Part shown: piece after piece, positions 62,047 through 64,000 of the stretch
Numbering within the stretch: position 1 is the first letter of the stretch
Layout: every line of letters begins with the position of its first letter
Assembly: GCA_035498405.1 (NCBI GenBank)
Contig: DATKAE010000027.1
Coordinates: 64,154 to 128,153, forward strand
DNA: 64,000 nt
Source of the DNA: Thermoanaerobaculia bacterium
GTDB lineage: Bacteria > Acidobacteriota > Thermoanaerobaculia > UBA5066 > Gp7-AA6
Direction of reading: 5' to 3'
Notes under the pieces: generated by a model
Told to the model about the DNA's origin: nothing
Database searches by the model: none
Seen by the model: the letters and a program-made list of their open reading frames with translations, nothing else
Made by a program: the position numbers and the translations under genes

Positions 62047-62162
62047 AAGTCAACAAGTCAGGACTGACCCCTCGGGCGGGTCACGGATCAAAAAGTCAAT
62101 AAGTCAGGACTGACCCCTCGGGCGGGTCACGGATCAAAAAGTCAACAAGTCAGGACTGACCT
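62047..62162. repeat. 46-bp tandem repeat, 2.5 units, each carrying the dyad GTCAGGACTGAC
   Basis: Units start at 62047, 62093 and 62139. The consensus is AAGTCAAYAAGTCAGGACTGACCCCTCGGGCGGGTCACGGATCAAA. Confidence 0.8.
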
Positions 62163-62215
62163 CGATCATTGGAGATCGTCGACCGCCTTACACTTTGACG
62201 GCGGAGGCCCGAGCC

Positions 62216-62674
62216 ATGTCCTCGACGCTAGATCCCGCGAAGCAGCTCGAAGGCTTCATCGGGAAGTTCGAGCCGAAGGCCCGGACGTTGATCCGCGCGG
62301 TACGGCGCGCCGTGCGTCGGCGGCTGCCCACCGCCAACGAGCTCGTCTGGGACAACTACAACTTTTTTGTGATCGGCTACAGCGCGACCGAGCGTCCGTC
62401 GGATTCGATCCTCTCGATCGCGGCCGGCGCCAGCGGCGTCGGCCTTTCCTTCTATCGCGGCTCCACGCTGCCGGACCCGAAGGAGGTCCTTCTCGGCGAG
62501 GGCAAGCAGAACCGCTTCATCCGGCTCGACTCGGCGAAGGTCCTGGACAGACCCGAGATCGAGGCGCTGATCGCCGCGGCGATCGCGCAGGCGCGTGTGC
62601 CCTTGGCGAAGAGCGGGCGCGGGCGCCTGATCGTGCGGTCGGTGTCGAAGAAGCAGCGCGCCCGTCGGAAGTAG
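62216..62674 (+). CDS. DUF1801 (YdhG-like) domain protein
   Basis: GGAGG lies 8 nt upstream of ATG 62216. 'LIRAVRRAVRRRLP', 'VWDNYNFFVIGY' and 'GVGLSFYRG' are present. Confidence 0.6.
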   Translation: MSSTLDPAKQLEGFIGKFEPKARTLIRAVRRAVRRRLPTANELVWDNYNFFVIGYSATERPSDSILSIAAGASGVGLSFYRGSTLPDPKEVLLGEGKQNRFIRLDSAKVLDRPEIEALIAAAIAQARVPLAKSGRGRLIVRSVSKKQRARRK

Positions 62675-62697
62675 CGCACGGCCGGACGGACAGTCCA

Positions 62698-62966
62698 CGG
62701 GACTTCTTTTTCTGCGGGGCGGCGCGAAGATCGACGGCGCGCGCTCCGTCGACGAGGGCGGCTTCGTGGTCCTCGACCGCGAAGGCCAGACGCTGACGAT
62801 CGAGCCCGGCGCCGCGGACTCGACGATCCTGCTCCTGTCCGGAGCGCCGATCGCCGAGCCGGTCGCCGGCTACGGGCCGTTCGCGATGAACACGGAGAAC
62901 GAGATCCACCGCGCGATCGCCGACTACCGGTCGGGGAAGATGGGGCGCCTGGATTCGACGGCCTGA
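62698..62966 (+). pseudogene. Pirin C-terminal fragment
   Basis: In-frame peptide '...LLFLRGGAKIDG...TILLLSGAPIAEPVAGYGPFAMNTENEIHRAIADYRSGKMGRL'. The N-terminal cupin domain is absent. Confidence 0.55.
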
Positions 62967-63209
62967 AGGCCGCTCCTGCTACGGCGGGGAGTGGAGAGGC
63001 CGCGGCAGATCCGACGGGTAATCGGTCGTCCGCGAGGCGTCGTCTCGAAGTGCAGGATGGCTGAAATCTGATTCCATGTCCCACACATGTCCTGGGGTGG
63101 CTGAAATCAGAAATCCGGACTGACCCTCGACAACGCTGGCAGGACGGCGTGCTGCCCTAGTCCGCGGGACGAGCAGAAATCGCGATGGCGGCGAACTCGC
63201 CGCTCCGGA

Positions 63210-64000
63210 TCACGGCCTCGGCTTCAGTGTTTTTGGTCGCGGTTCGCGCTGCACCCGTTCGATCGAAGGGCGTCCCGGGACTTCGAGAGTCAGCTTCGCG
63301 ATCTTGCCCTGTGCATTCTCGGAGAACACCATGTTGCCCGCGGTCTCTGTGAACCAGATGTTGTTGTCCGGCCCTGTGACGATGCCGCCGGGCTGACTGC
63401 CTTCGGTGGGAATGGGGAATTCCGTGATCTTGCCGGAGATCGTGATCCGTCCGACCTTGTTCCCTTTGCGCTCGGTGAACCACATCGCTCCGTCCGGGCC
63501 CGCGGTGATCGCATTGGGCTCGCTATCCGCGGTTGGGATTGGAAACTCCGTGATCTCTCCCGATGTCGTGATCCGGCCGATTCGATTGGCCATGACCTGC
63601 GTGAACCAGAGTGCGCCGTCCGGGCCGGTGGCGATTTTCAAGGGCGCGGCGTCGACGGGGAACTCGGTGACGATTCCCGTGGTCGTAATACGCCCGATCT
63701 GCATCGCGTTGGTCTCGGCGAACCAAAGCGCACCGTCGGGGCCCGCGGCGATCCCGGCCGGACTGATCGCATAGTACGGCTGCGTCGGGAGATCGAAGAG
63801 CGTGATGGTCCCGACGGTGCTGATCCGTCCGACCACGCCGGCATCCCATTCGGTGAACCACATGTGGTCGTCGGAACCGCTCGTGATCTCGATCGGTCCG
63901 TCGCCGATCATGAAAATCGCGGTCGGTCCGAACTCTGAGATCGCTCCGTCCGTCGTGATCCGCCCGATCTTGCTGGCAAATCCTTCGGTGAACCAAAGGG
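63210..64000 (-). CDS. Virginiamycin B lyase (Vgb)-like beta-propeller repeat protein, 5' end outside window
   Basis: Repeated 'GPDGA(L/M)WFTE...N(K/R)(I/V)GRIT..G.ITEF(P)' blades. The frame stays open to the window edge. Confidence 0.75.
   Translation of the reverse strand, partial: LWFTEGFASKIGRITTDGAISEFGPTAIFMIGDGPIEITSGSDDHMWFTEWDAGVVGRISTVGTITLFDLPTQPYYAISPAGIAAGPDGALWFAETNAMQIGRITTTGIVTEFPVDAAPLKIATGPDGALWFTQVMANRIGRITTSGEITEFPIPTADSEPNAITAGPDGAMWFTERKGNKVGRITISGKITEFPIPTEGSQPGGIVTGPDNNIWFTETAGNMVFSENAQGKIAKLTLEVPGRPSIERVQREPRPKTLKPRP

Noticed and set aside
62967-63209. Small repeats (GGCTGAAATC x2, CATGTCC x2) suggesting an sRNA or small gene between the pirin fragment and the Vgb-like gene.
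   Set aside because: The stems are short and imperfect. There is no promoter or terminator signature and no credible ORF. They are probably degraded sequence.

Overview
This is a GC-rich bacterial chromosomal window. The gene content suggests Acidobacteriota or a relative: Oar-like CarboxypepD_reg outer-membrane proteins, Hanks kinases with PD40/TolB propellers, and a TIGR02999/PF07638-type ECF sigma domain. That taxon call is inference only.

I support about 48 protein-coding genes, 2 tRNAs, several gene remnants and a set of repeats and palindromes.

Gene content in order:
- 1-12.3 kb: housekeeping and periplasmic enzymes. These are a DUF2780 lipoprotein, a MetE-like protein, DinB, a secreted TPR protein, oligopeptidase B, a PQQ sugar dehydrogenase, an M16 peptidase and an amidohydrolase.
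- 12.4-21.7 kb: a DJ-1/PfpI gene, then a cluster of paralogous Ser/Thr kinases with decay products, interrupted by an APC permease.
- 21.7-28.1 kb: a TetR-controlled NodT/MFP/RND efflux operon.
- 28.2-34.7 kb: a second secreted TPR paralog, then a c-di-GMP module (MerR, GGDEF-PilZ, HK, RR, GGDEF*/EAL).
- 34.8-40.5 kb: a TetR plus MacB-like ABC/HlyD exporter, then an MFS transporter coupled to a degenerate ABC-ATPase-like gene.
- 40.7-46.4 kb: an Oar-like OMP, a small secreted protein, an AlkP-TPR protein, tRNA-His and tRNA-Arg.
- 46.5-57.7 kb: the most unusual locus (below), followed by a divergent porin.
- 59.7-64.0 kb: a decayed region with a tRNA-Arg 3' fragment, an IS3 remnant, ArsR-MBL, repeat arrays, DUF1801, a pirin fragment and a partial Vgb-like propeller gene.

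The most unusual locus is an ~11 kb minus-strand operon. Most of its gene junctions have overlapping stop/start codons. It encodes six tandem orphan PF04392-type solute-binding proteins, then a Cache/HAMP hybrid histidine kinase, then a single 861-aa REC-GAF-Ser/Thr kinase-ECF sigma fusion.

That operon, together with the divergent porin gene, lies between two copies of a 118-bp direct repeat whose core is the 3' 46 nt of tRNA-Arg(CCG).

Many long ORFs in the track are antisense or out-of-frame artefacts of high GC and were rejected. All family assignments come from motif recognition by eye; no searches were run.
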